Shown: positions 29,656 through 40,200 of the stretch, piece after piece
How positions within the stretch are numbered: the first letter of the stretch is position 1
Layout of the letters: each line of letters starts with the position of its first letter
Assembly (NCBI GenBank): GCA_963777785.1
Contig: CAVZRU010000003.1
Span: 111,301 to 175,300, forward strand
Direction: 5' to 3'
Length of the DNA: 64,000 bases
Source of the DNA: an uncultured Alphaproteobacteria bacterium
GTDB taxonomy: Bacteria; Pseudomonadota; Alphaproteobacteria; Sphingomonadales; Sphingomonadaceae
Notes under the pieces: model-generated
What the model saw: the letters and a program-made list of their open reading frames with translations, nothing else
Told to the model about the DNA's origin: nothing
The model's database searches: none
Translations under genes and position numbers: made by a program

Positions 29656-30662
29656 TAATCGACATCCACGCCCATGTCTGCGCGGCTCCTGAGCTTTATG
29701 CCTGGAAAGACCAGGTCTTCTCGGCCGCAGGCGCGCTTGGCCCACGCTATCGCAATTGGGATGTCGAATGGATACGCGACCACCCGGAAACCAAGCGCAA
29801 TATCGCGATCATGGACAAGGTAGGAACGGACATACAGTTCATTTCACCGCGGCCATTCTCACAGGCACACAGCGAAAAGCCCGATCGGCTGCCACATTAT
29901 TGGAATACCGGCGTCAACAGCTACATCGCCAAGGTTGTCGAAGCGCATCCCACGCGCTTTCGCGGCGTTGCAGGTTTGCCGCAGCCTGTCGGGCGACCGA
30001 TTGAGGAATCGCTGCCAGAACTGGAACGGTGCATAAACGAACTTGGCTTCATCGGTACGTTGCTCGATACCGATCCGGGCGAGGGTGGTGTCCATACTCC
30101 GACGCTGGATGATGAATATTGGTATCCTCTCTATGAAAAGCTGGTCGAACTCGACGTACCGGCCTTGATCCATTCAGCGGGCTGCAAGCACGGACGAGAG
30201 ACTTACAGCCAGCATTTCATCACTGAGGAAAGCCTGGCAATCCTATCACTGTGCAACTCGCGCGTGTTCATGGACTTTCCCGATCTCAAGATCATCGTCG
30301 CTCATGGCGGCGGCTCTGTGCCCTACCAGATTGGGCGTTGGCGCGCCGAGCGGGGGTTGCCGAACTGGTCTTCACCGCATGGCAATACCGAAACCTTCGA
30401 CGAGTCGCTCGGCCATCTCTATTTCGATACCGTGCTTCACGATGGCAATTCGCTCGAGTTGCTGCTCAAACTCGTTGGCTCCGACAAGATCCTGTTCGGC
30501 ACGGAGAAACCCGGCGCGGGTTCAGCCCCAAATCCTGCAAATGGCCGGGATTTTGACGACATTCGGCCGACGATTGAGGAAATCCCTGAAATCACAGCGC
30601 AAGACCGCGCGAACATCTTCGAGGGCAACGCTCGCAGGCTCTATTCCCGCTTCAAAACCTGA
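29652..30662 (+). CDS. Amidohydrolase-family meta-cleavage product hydrolase, LigY-like
   Basis: MIIDIHAH, ISPRPF, YWYPLYEKL, HFITEE, HGGGSVPYQ, YFDTVL resemble LigY; ATGA coupling. Confidence 0.88.
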   Translation: MIIDIHAHVCAAPELYAWKDQVFSAAGALGPRYRNWDVEWIRDHPETKRNIAIMDKVGTDIQFISPRPFSQAHSEKPDRLPHYWNTGVNSYIAKVVEAHPTRFRGVAGLPQPVGRPIEESLPELERCINELGFIGTLLDTDPGEGGVHTPTLDDEYWYPLYEKLVELDVPALIHSAGCKHGRETYSQHFITEESLAILSLCNSRVFMDFPDLKIIVAHGGGSVPYQIGRWRAERGLPNWSSPHGNTETFDESLGHLYFDTVLHDGNSLELLLKLVGSDKILFGTEKPGAGSAPNPANGRDFDDIRPTIEEIPEITAQDRANIFEGNARRLYSRFKT

Positions 30663-30704
30663 CCGTATCTGGACAGTCGCGGCGGGTTTCGCCTAACGTG
30701 AACT

Positions 30705-31223
30705 GTGGATCAGAAAACAGGACAATTGGATAAGCGCAAGCGGGGCAAGCCTATGCCCCGCACGCTCTATCTCATTAAACAACTGCAGTATAAAACCTAT
30801 GTCAGGCTGGAGGATGCTCTTCGTCCGCTTGGCATTACCTCCGCTCAGTTCCGGATCATGACTACTCTGCGCGATCACGCGAGGCGGTCTTCCGCTGAAC
30901 TTTCGCGGATGTTCGGCGTTAAGCCGCAAACGATAATCAAGCAGATAGCGATCTTGGAAGGCCGAGAATTGGTCGTCCGCTCGGTGGCGGAAAACAACAA
31001 ACGCGTACTTGAGGTGAAACTCAGCAGCGAAGGCGAGCGCGTTCTATCGTTGGCCACTGCGAAGGCCATTGAACTGGATAAGACCGTGCTCGCCATTCTT
31101 GAGCCGGGAGAGCTTGAACAGTTTCGGGCAATTACATTGAAGCTATTGAAAAGCCTCGACAAGACCGACCACGAAGCTGACGAGTACGAGCTGATACCAG
31201 GGCAATTGAACAAGCCGTCCTAG
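30705..31223 (+). CDS. MarR-family transcriptional regulator
   Basis: GITSAQFRIM...AELSR...LE.R.LV.R...NKR...L...G winged helix. Confidence 0.9.
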   Translation: MDQKTGQLDKRKRGKPMPRTLYLIKQLQYKTYVRLEDALRPLGITSAQFRIMTTLRDHARRSSAELSRMFGVKPQTIIKQIAILEGRELVVRSVAENNKRVLEVKLSSEGERVLSLATAKAIELDKTVLAILEPGELEQFRAITLKLLKSLDKTDHEADEYELIPGQLNKPS

Positions 31224-31298
31224 GTGCCCTGATATCGTTCGGCCTCTTCGTCTCCCGGCGATGCTTGGCTAGCTCGTATAGCTAGAGCCCCTTGGCTT

Positions 31299-32192
31299 TT
31301 ACGCCTGTTTTTTCAGTTGTAGGATCTCGCGCGCCTCTTGTGGTGAGGCGACCGATTTGCCGAGACATTCCAAAAGAGTGCAAGCGCGCTCAACCAACTG
31401 GGCGTTACTCGCGAAGACTCCGCGCGAGAGATAGAGATTGTCTTCCAATCCGACCCGGACATGGCCGCCCATCAACGCTGTATGCGCCACAATCGGCATC
31501 TCTTCGCGCGCGATGCCAAAAGCCCCCCAAATTGCTCCCTCAGGCAGAATGCTCTGCATGAACTGTATGGAATGCAGTCCGCTGGGAACGCCCCACTTCA
31601 CACCCAATGCAAACTGAAAGAATGGCGGCCCATCTATGAGTCCTTCTTCCATGAGTGTCTTGCCCATCACGATGTCGCCGGTATCGAACACTTCGAGCTC
31701 GGGCTTTACGCCGAGCTCCTGGAATTTTTTCGCCATCAGCCGCATCGCGCGCGGCGTGTTCATATAGACCGCCTCCATCGGACCGAACAGGCGATTGCCG
31801 GCAGTGATATCGAACGACGCAAGCTCGGGCAGGCTGCGTGCAACGTGCCTCATTCGAATATCCACGGGATACATCTTGCTTGTCGGAAGCGCTTTTGATT
31901 CGTCCTCCGGGTCCGGTAAGAACATTGCGCCTTGGCCGCAGGTCAAGTTAAGGACGACATCGATGCTGGCGTCGCGGACCCGGTCGACGACTTCATTGAA
32001 CAATTCTGGATCGTCGGAACTGCGGCCAGTCTCCGGATCTCGCACGTGGATATGAACTACGGAGGCACCCGCTTTAGCTGCTTCCACACAATCCTTTGCA
32101 ATCTGTTCCGGAGTGATTGGAAATGCAGGATGAGCCGGGTTCGGCAAGGAGCCGCCAGTGACTGCACAGGTCAGAATTGTCTTGTCGCTCAT
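31299..32192 (-). CDS. BKACE (DUF849) copy 2
   Basis: ILTCAVTG, HIHVRDP, KPELEVFD, RVGLEDN. Confidence 0.92.
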   Translation of the reverse strand: MSDKTILTCAVTGGSLPNPAHPAFPITPEQIAKDCVEAAKAGASVVHIHVRDPETGRSSDDPELFNEVVDRVRDASIDVVLNLTCGQGAMFLPDPEDESKALPTSKMYPVDIRMRHVARSLPELASFDITAGNRLFGPMEAVYMNTPRAMRLMAKKFQELGVKPELEVFDTGDIVMGKTLMEEGLIDGPPFFQFALGVKWGVPSGLHSIQFMQSILPEGAIWGAFGIAREEMPIVAHTALMGGHVRVGLEDNLYLSRGVFASNAQLVERACTLLECLGKSVASPQEAREILQLKKQA

Positions 32193-32216
32193 GTCGTCCC
32201 CCAAAGCATGTTAGGT

Positions 32217-32609
32217 TTAGTCTTCATCAATCATCGCAATGAATTCGGCTGCAATCAGGCGTGCTCCTGCCGGCATCGGATTAGAATCTACATGCCTTGC
32301 AGGTCTGGATTCCGGATGGGGAAATGCCCGCAGCCAATGCGCGTTGAGTAACTCTCGGTTAGCTGGATCCGCGAGGCTGACGGCGACATGTACAACGTCA
32401 TCGAAGCTTCCGCCTGCGGCGCGCAGTATTTCTTCCATATTTGCGAAAAGTGTCTCGCATTGCCCGTCCAGCCCAATCGCTTCGTCGGGATTTGGGGGAG
32501 AGCCATAGACGGCACCCGACGCAAGCAATCCACCCTTGATGCTGGCTGCAGGAATTGGATTGCTGCCGTGCCCTTGTCCGCCGACATATATGCTTCGCCG
32601 CTGACCCAT
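32217..32609 (-). CDS. RidA/YjgF family protein
   Basis: PIPAAS, IL.AAGGSFDDVV, FP....RPAR. Confidence 0.85.
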   Translation of the reverse strand: MGQRRSIYVGGQGHGSNPIPAASIKGGLLASGAVYGSPPNPDEAIGLDGQCETLFANMEEILRAAGGSFDDVVHVAVSLADPANRELLNAHWLRAFPHPESRPARHVDSNPMPAGARLIAAEFIAMIDED

Positions 32610-32744
32610 GCACCTCTCCGAGCATTTTGTTTGTGTGCAGATCTTGGCTGCACTTCAGCTTGTCAGCCTAGCTGTCAAAGAGGCAGTATTCAATTGGCCA
32701 AGACGACGTTGAGTGAAAAGTCAGGGCATAGCCGCGCGTTGCAG

Positions 32745-33815
32745 CTAAAAAAGACCTTGCCAAAGATGAAAGGTTTCGGCGAGCACGCCAGGCGTTCCGA
32801 AACCGCCACTCTTGGTGATTAGGCTGAATTCCGTTCCTTGAGCATATCCGCGCGAAACGGGCATGCCTTGCGCCAGTTTGCCAATAGGCACGAGATGATC
32901 AATGCCGGCCTGATTGACGAAAGCCGCTGCCGTGTCGCCACCGCTCAAAAGAATGGTCGAGATCGATTCTTGACGCGCGATCTGCAGTGCAAAGTCTGCC
33001 AGTTCCTTGGCTACCGTCTCCGGATCCATTGTTCTCGGTGGGGGCTGCAGCACGATCAGTTCAGCATGGTATGAAGTCTCGCAAACTTCCTTTGGCGTAA
33101 TCATAGTCACGAACTTAACGTCGGATTGCGCTAAATTGGCGATCTGGTTGACGGTGATGGGATCGCGGGAGCCAATCGCCATTATCATCCTGCGCCCATC
33201 CGGCGGAACAGCGATCTCGTGTTTGGGGTGATCGAATTCATGTGGGTAAAGAATTTCAGATATCGCCTCCGCGAAGCCGCTGGCGCCTACGGCGATCATC
33301 CTCTCACGGGATTTGACAGCCCTTTTCGCTATCGCGCGCAGCGCTCCGGAAGACGGGCAATCCGGCACTTCCCAATCCGGCTGCCAACCGGAAAGACCCG
33401 AAATGGGGATTGGGCGATCGACACCATTACCTGTCACTTCGCCGCGGTGGGTAAGCCTGCCGATTGACGGGATCGCGGGCGCGACTAGCGCCCCAGCCTT
33501 ATCACTGACTTCCATGATTGCTTGCATTTCCGCAACCACATTGCCCTTCATCCGGGAATCGATTTTCTTGAACAGCAAGTCTGGCTGCCATGGCGCAACA
33601 TGGGACCACGCCGCCCTGATGACCGCGGCCGCTGCGTGGGGCTCCAAATGGCGGCTGTCCAGATTGACAGCGACGACATTGTGGGTCGCAAATTGGAGAG
33701 TGCGGAGCGAATTCACTGAAGTCGCGACAATCGCGGAGACGCCTGCACGGCTGAAGGGTTCTGCACTATCCAATGCGCCGGTAAGATCATCGGCGAAGAT
33801 TGCCACTCGAAGCAC
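32745..33815 (-). CDS. Four-carbon acid sugar kinase family (DUF1537, DtnK/DenK-like)
   Basis: ADDLTGA, DSR, FKKIDS, GGDTA, TKSGGFG. Confidence 0.92.
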   Translation of the reverse strand: MLRVAIFADDLTGALDSAEPFSRAGVSAIVATSVNSLRTLQFATHNVVAVNLDSRHLEPHAAAAVIRAAWSHVAPWQPDLLFKKIDSRMKGNVVAEMQAIMEVSDKAGALVAPAIPSIGRLTHRGEVTGNGVDRPIPISGLSGWQPDWEVPDCPSSGALRAIAKRAVKSRERMIAVGASGFAEAISEILYPHEFDHPKHEIAVPPDGRRMIMAIGSRDPITVNQIANLAQSDVKFVTMITPKEVCETSYHAELIVLQPPPRTMDPETVAKELADFALQIARQESISTILLSGGDTAAAFVNQAGIDHLVPIGKLAQGMPVSRGYAQGTEFSLITKSGGFGTPGVLAETFHLWQGLF

Positions 33816-34015
33816 CGAAAACTCCCCCTAAGCCTTATGCAGCATCGTGCCATATACTCGCGCAAAGCGTTGGTATATCTCCACCTGGGTCGGTGAGTAT
33901 GTGAAGTTACAGCGTCAGCATTCGGAACTATCCCTCCTCTTGAAAAAATGCATATGCTAGCGCGGCTAATCTTTGCCTCGGTATAAATAGTTACGATTGG
34001 GATTGAGCGAACTGG

Positions 34016-34996
34016 ATGCGCAAACTTCTGATCACGATGGGCGATCCTGCAGGGATTGGGCCCGAGATCGTCTGTCGCGCAATCGCGGATTTAAACCAAG
34101 AACGCCGAAGCCAAATTGTTGTGGTTGGCACGCTTGAAGTACTTGAACGCGCCAGGAGCGTGACCGGTGTGGATCTTAATTTCGCGCCGGATTCTAGGCT
34201 GGGTGCGATTCAAGTGGAGCAGGTGGAAATTCCCACTCCTTTGCCAGCGTGGGGAAGCGTCGACCCCGCTTCGGGTGACGCCGCATATCGCTACGTCGAG
34301 CGTGCAGTCACTATGGCGCTGGATAATGGGGGCTGCATAGTCACGGCGCCGATCAACAAGGAAGCGCTCAATCGGGCAGGGCATCTTTACGATGGCCACA
34401 CGGGCATGATTGCGGCGCTGACCAAATCGCGCAGCTCTTATATGCTCCTTGCATCCGACAAGTTATCTACGATCCATGTCTCCACGCATGTCTCTCTCCA
34501 AGACGCAATCGGACGAGTTACGCCTTCCCGAGTACTCGATACGATTGTGGCAGGTCACGAATTTTTCCGGCGCATCGGCTACGAACGGCCCAGAATTGCT
34601 GTGGCCGGCCTGAACCCTCATTGCGGGGAAAACGGATTGTTCGGTTGCCAGGAGACTGATTTTATCGCCCCGGCTATTGCAGAGGCGCGCGACCAAGGGA
34701 TCGAGGTTAGAGGCCCAATTTCACCGGACACCGTATTCTACCGGGCCATGCAAGGAGAGTTCGACCTCGTGGTGGCCCAGTATCATGATCAGGGGCATAT
34801 TCCCGTCAAGTTGATCGCCTTCGACACAACCGTGAACATCTCCCTTGGCCTGCCCATCGATCGCACTTCGGTGGATCATGGAACTGCGTTTGACATTGCG
34901 GGCACCGGGCGGGCCTCACACGAAAACATGCTTGCTGCTCTCGCCTATGCGGAAAAGCTCGCGGAAGCGCCAAGGGCGGCTGAAGTACAAGTTTAG
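34016..34996 (+). CDS. pdxA: PdxA-family dehydrogenase (PdxA2, 4-phospho-tetronate dehydrogenase-like)
   Basis: [44 protein letters not shown]. Confidence 0.93.
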   Translation: MRKLLITMGDPAGIGPEIVCRAIADLNQERRSQIVVVGTLEVLERARSVTGVDLNFAPDSRLGAIQVEQVEIPTPLPAWGSVDPASGDAAYRYVERAVTMALDNGGCIVTAPINKEALNRAGHLYDGHTGMIAALTKSRSSYMLLASDKLSTIHVSTHVSLQDAIGRVTPSRVLDTIVAGHEFFRRIGYERPRIAVAGLNPHCGENGLFGCQETDFIAPAIAEARDQGIEVRGPISPDTVFYRAMQGEFDLVVAQYHDQGHIPVKLIAFDTTVNISLGLPIDRTSVDHGTAFDIAGTGRASHENMLAALAYAEKLAEAPRAAEVQV

Positions 34997-35049
34997 GTGC
35001 AACGACAGTCGCGGCCAGCGCGACGGTGCCCGTGAGAGGAGCAAACCGA

Positions 35050-35922
35050 ATGCGAAAGATAATTCTTACATGTGCCGTAACTGGTGCATCTGAAACGCGA
35101 GACAAGAATGACGCGGTGCCGGTAACACCGGATGAAATCGTAAAATCGTGCCTGGATGCGCATGCTGCCGGAGCTGCCGTGGTCCATATTCATGTGCGCG
35201 ATCCGGAAACGGCCAAGCCGGCGACCGACCTCCATCTCTATGAGCAAGTGGTCAAAGGTGTGCGCGCTGCTGGAACAGACGTGCTCATCAATCTAACCAC
35301 TGGCCCGGGCCAGCACTTCCGCAACAACCCGGCCAAACCTGGCGAAATTTTACCCGAATCCTGGTTGCTTTCACCCGTTGAACGCGTGCAACATGTCGCC
35401 GCTCTAAAGCCCGATATCTGCAGTCTCGATGTCTGCAGTTTCAATCGCCCTGATCACATCGTGATCAATTCGCTCGATACGATCCGCCTTATGGCGGGGG
35501 CGATCCGAGAAACTGGGGTTAAGCCCGAACTGGAAATCTTCGAGGCAGGCCAAATGGGTATGGTCGCCGATTTGCAGGCTGAAGGGTATTTCACCGATCC
35601 GCTATTGTTCTCCTTCGTCATGGGCACAAAATACACTGCGCCCGCTACTCCTCAGATGGTGAGTTGCCTCGCGAGCCTGACGCCGCCCAATTCCGTCTGG
35701 GCCGCCTTCGGTGCGGGTGCACATGAGTATCCGATCGCAGCGCAGTCGATGACTCACGGCGGCCAGGTGCGCGTTGGCCTGGAGGACAATTTGTATATCC
35801 GTCGCGGCGTTAAGGCGAAGAGCAACGCCGAACTCGTAGAGCGCGCCGTGCAACTCATCGACATACTCGGCTATGACTTGGCGAGCCCTGCAGATGCGCG
35901 CGAGATGCTCAACATTAAGTGA
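35050..35922 (+). CDS. BKACE (DUF849) copy 3
   Basis: ILTCAVTG, HIHVRDP, KPELEIFE, RVGLEDN. Confidence 0.92.
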   Translation: MRKIILTCAVTGASETRDKNDAVPVTPDEIVKSCLDAHAAGAAVVHIHVRDPETAKPATDLHLYEQVVKGVRAAGTDVLINLTTGPGQHFRNNPAKPGEILPESWLLSPVERVQHVAALKPDICSLDVCSFNRPDHIVINSLDTIRLMAGAIRETGVKPELEIFEAGQMGMVADLQAEGYFTDPLLFSFVMGTKYTAPATPQMVSCLASLTPPNSVWAAFGAGAHEYPIAAQSMTHGGQVRVGLEDNLYIRRGVKAKSNAELVERAVQLIDILGYDLASPADAREMLNIK

Positions 35923-35949
35923 CGGACTGCAGTCTAAGATTTTTCACGG

Positions 35950-37026
35950 TCAACTTGCGAGGAGCGCTTCAGCGATGGCGCTCCCGCATTTTTGTGTGCT
36001 CGCGCTTCCACCAAGGTCGCGCGTGAGCAATTCTGGTTGCACTAGCACTGCTTCCATAGCCTGAATGATATCGGCGGCTGCTTCGTCTTCCCCCAGATGA
36101 TCGAGCATCAAGGCAGCCGACCAAATTTGAGCTACGGGGTTGGCGATGTTGCGGCCTGCAATGTCAGGTGCCGATCCATGGACGGGTTCGAAAAGCGAAG
36201 GAAAAGCGCCCTCCGGGTTGATATTGCCAGAGGGTGCGATTCCGATAGTGCCCGTGCAGGCAGGGCCGAGGTCTGACAAAATGTCTCCAAACAAGTTGGA
36301 AGCCACGACTACATCAAACCAGTCAGGGTGTTGGACGAAGTGCGCTGTCAGAATATCGATATGGAATTTATCGACCCTAATGTCCGGATAACGAGCTGCG
36401 GCTGCTTCGAACCGCTCATCCCAGAACGGCATGGTAATTGAAATTCCATTTGATTTGGTTGCCGAAGTCACATGCGGCTTGCCGGAGCGCTGAGCCAGTT
36501 TGAAGGCGTATTCCAATATCCGATCGACGCCGACGCGGGTCATAACGGTTTCCTGAATCGCGATTTCGCGTTCTGTACCCTGGAAGATACGTCCACCTAT
36601 CGAAGAGTATTCTCCTTCGGTGTTTTCACGGACGATGTAGAAGTCGATCTCTCCGGGGTTTCGGCCTGCCAGTGGGCAGGGAACGCCAGGCATTAATTTC
36701 ACTGGGCGAATGTTGACATACTGATCGAACTCGCGGCGAAATCGAAGAAGTGAGCCCCATAGTGAGACGTGGTCAGGAACGATGTCCGGCAGGCCAACGG
36801 CGCCGAAAAAGATCGCGTCGTGATGCCCGATCTGTTCGCTCCAATCTTCTGGGAGCATGTCCCCGTGTTCGAGATAATAGTCGCAAGAGGCAAAGGCGAA
36901 TTCGTCAAATTCGAATTTAATACCATGCTTCTGAGAAACTGCATCGAGAACGCGGATGCCCTCTGGTACAACTTCTTTACCGATGCCGTCCCCAGGTATT
37001 ACCGCGATGCGATAGCTGGCACTCAT
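35950..37026 (-). CDS. ttuC: Tartrate/D-malate dehydrogenase (decarboxylating)
   Basis: IPGDGIGKEV, PDHVSLWG, RENTEGEY, ATKSNG, EPVHGSAPDI. Confidence 0.9.
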   Translation of the reverse strand: MSASYRIAVIPGDGIGKEVVPEGIRVLDAVSQKHGIKFEFDEFAFASCDYYLEHGDMLPEDWSEQIGHHDAIFFGAVGLPDIVPDHVSLWGSLLRFRREFDQYVNIRPVKLMPGVPCPLAGRNPGEIDFYIVRENTEGEYSSIGGRIFQGTEREIAIQETVMTRVGVDRILEYAFKLAQRSGKPHVTSATKSNGISITMPFWDERFEAAAARYPDIRVDKFHIDILTAHFVQHPDWFDVVVASNLFGDILSDLGPACTGTIGIAPSGNINPEGAFPSLFEPVHGSAPDIAGRNIANPVAQIWSAALMLDHLGEDEAAADIIQAMEAVLVQPELLTRDLGGSASTQKCGSAIAEALLAS

Positions 37027-37235
37027 GCAATTCTCTCCCCCCAGAAATCTTTGGTTCATTGTCGGAGCCAAGACGCAAGGTCCTGACTGCAGCTTAATGC
37101 GGGTGACCGGAAACGAACCGATGAGTCACTAGACCACCCGTACAAGGAAATGGGATACTTTTTCGGCATTGCGGAGTGCGGAGTAAGGGTACTGACGGAG
37201 AGCTGTTCTTCGGAATAGATCCCGTCACGGTCAAG

Positions 37236-37270
37236 AAAATGGCCACGGCGGAATTTCTCGCCGTGGCCGA
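37236..37270 (-). terminator. Terminator of TonB receptor 2
   Basis: GGCCACGGCG/CGCCGTGGCC stem with a short T tract; nearly the same stem as at 5877-5906. Confidence 0.8.
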
Positions 37271-37294
37271 ATTTCTTTTAGGTGTTTTGAAAGT

Positions 37295-40200
37295 TTAGAA
37301 TTTCACGCGAAGACCCGTGCGCCACCTTGCACCAAGAGTATCGTAGAAGACTGGGTTGGTTGGTCCACCAACACCTTGGACAGGGCCGAGGCTTCCAGTT
37401 GCATTGCTAGGTGCGTTCGGCGGATCAACGTCGAACAAGTTGCGGATGGAAAGGAAAATCTCCGCCGTGGAACTTCCGCCCAGTTGGAACTCGTATGAAG
37501 TCGAGAGGCCCGTATAGAGACGAGAATCGACCACGTTTGAGTTGATGCTGTTAGGATTCGTGGAGGCACATTCGACATCCACTTCACAGCGCCGAATGTC
37601 GTAAATGCCATCGGGAATGTAGCGGAAGTCAGCTGTGATCGAGAATCCTCCGACATCATAGGTCGCATAGCCGTTTAGAATGTACTCGGAAGGAGCCGTG
37701 AAGCCTCCAAATGCCGAGCCGCCGGTCTGATTGACGTATTCAATTGCACCCGAACCGTTGCCAAGATCGACCTGCATCTTGTCAGTGATGGTGGCCAACC
37801 CGCGAAGGGTCAAAGTGCCAGGCATTGAGTCACTGAGATTCTGAAGCGGGAGGGTGTAGAGAAGCTCAACATCCCATCCACTTTGCTGGAAGCGACCGAC
37901 ATTGGTTGCGCCGCGGACAATTGTTTCAAAGTCAGTACGGTCGGCGGCGGAAAGCTCGCTGAAAGCGGTCCCACTGCCATTGAATATATTTCCGCAAGCT
38001 ACGTCCGCTTTGAAGCAGGCATCAACGACTTGTTGAGTGGTCAGAACGACGATGGCATCGGAAATCTTGATGTCGTAATAATCGACTGACAAACGCAACC
38101 CATCCATAAAGCCGCCGGGTTGAAGCACAACGCCAGCAGTGAATGTGTTGCCGATCTCCGGGGAAAGCCCAGGGTTCGGCGGATAGGTAATCAAGGCAAA
38201 GTCGTTCAATGCCGCACCTGTACCATCGACGTTCCACGGATTCAGGGCAGTCCCTGCTGGTGGGCCGCTCAGGATATCAGGACTGTTGAAATACAGGTCG
38301 ACAAATGAGGCGGCGCGCACGTCACGTGAGCGCGTTGCGCGGAAACGCAGCCAATCAGTGACATCCCAAGTGCCTGAGATCTTCCAGGTATCGAAATGCT
38401 GACTCTTGGAAAGGTCGCTGAGGGCATCTGCATTTGTTTGATATGTGTGGCGCCATGCACCGTTCAACTCGAGATACTTCACCATCGGAACGTCGGCCAA
38501 GAGCGGTATGTTGGTTTCAACATAGCCTTCGAGGATCTTTAGGCTGCCGCCAAAATCTTCGCCGAATGGGCTGTTCGTATTGGAGACGTTGAACGGTAAC
38601 TTGGTGTGTTCGGCAAGACCCTTCTCAAAGCGATATTCACCGCCGAAGGCGAGGCCAATGGGGCCGGCCCAGCCATCGAACAAATTGCCGCCAAAGTTGA
38701 TTGCAGCAACATGCTGATCGTAATCGAACGTCTCATGTGCATCACGGAAGGCATAGGCAACTGCCGCAGGATCTTCCGTATTCCGACCGAGTATGTTCAA
38801 AGGCACACAGCCTGCCGCATCGGCCTGATTCCAATGCTGTTCATAGCCGCCGGGTGTCGAAGTGTTGGCAGGACCGGGCAGGGTCGCACGGCAAACAACA
38901 TTGCCGTTTGCAACTCCTGTGGTTGCTAGCCCTTCATCGACAGCATCAAGCGCGTAAATGAAGAACTTGTTGACGCGGATACCGGTGACGTCGACTTGCT
39001 GTTTGGTCTTGCCATACTGATAATAGGCGTCCCAGCTCCATCCGCCGCCCAGGAAATCTCCCAGATCGCCTTCCAGGCTAGCCATGACGCGCCATGTATC
39101 TAGATCGGTATCGAAATGACTGCGGCCACCCGGGACATTGCGGAAATGCTTCGCAATGAAGAGCGCCTGACTGGGAACTCCGGGCGCCTGGGAAGCACCC
39201 CCATTAGCGGCCGGGTACGGAGGCTGGCTGGCGATTAAATCAGTCAACAGAACATCCGCACCCAAATCGCGATCAAAGTAAACTGCGTTCTGGAGAAAGA
39301 AGTTATCCGTCCGGAGCGGAGTACCTGAGGATGGGCCAAGCGATATGCTGCTGATGCTCGACTTCCGTTTGCCGTAGGAGGCCTCGAGAGAAGCGGTCAG
39401 GCCAGGCGAGAGTTCGTATTCGGTATGCCAGAAGGCCGACCAACGCTCAACTTCTGGACGAAGCTGAACTTCCGACCAAGCAGAGCAATCAACCAGGCAG
39501 TCGCCGCCTTGGCGATTACCAAAACCGATCGACTGAACATAGTCACCCGGATCGTAATCGATAACGCGAGAACCGTCTTCGGTGAAAACTAGCCCGCGAA
39601 TGCCCGGCGGATTGGTACGGTTCCCTTGTGTTGAAACACGAAGGACAGTTTGTAGATCGTAGTTGGTGTATGCGCCGTTCTCACCGCGAATATAGGCAGG
39701 CAAGCCATTGGTCGCAAAGCCACTATTGACGAAGATATCAGGCGACTTTGCACACCATTCCCGGACATAGACACAGTCTCCGACTTCGCCGGAATCTTGG
39801 TACTCGATTCCGAAAATCGTATGTCCTGCGCCCCCGGCGAAATCAGTGCCGCCAGCAAGCGAAACGTGGAAGCTCGAGCCATCGCCGCGGAATGTTTCGC
39901 CATAGTCGACCTGAGCCTTGATTCCCTGAAGTTGGGTATCGAGGATGATATTCACAACGCCTGCGAGGGCATCGGTGCCATAAGCAGCGGAGGCGCCGCC
40001 GGTTACTGTTTCAACGCTCTGGACGAGCATCGACGGAATGAGATTTCCGTCAACACCGCCACCCGTCGTAGATGGTACGAAGCGCTTTGTGTTGACGAGA
40101 GTGAGCGTGCGCACGCCATTGCGCGGATTCAGTCCGCGTAGGTTGGCAATCTGTGCACCAACGTCATAATTGCCGCCAGCAGCTGCACTTGAGAGGCCGA

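Noticed and set aside
33838-33853. Sigma-54 promoter-like TGGCACGATGCTGCA upstream of the kinase (minus strand)
   Set aside because: GG-to-GC spacing is 9 nt rather than the required 10
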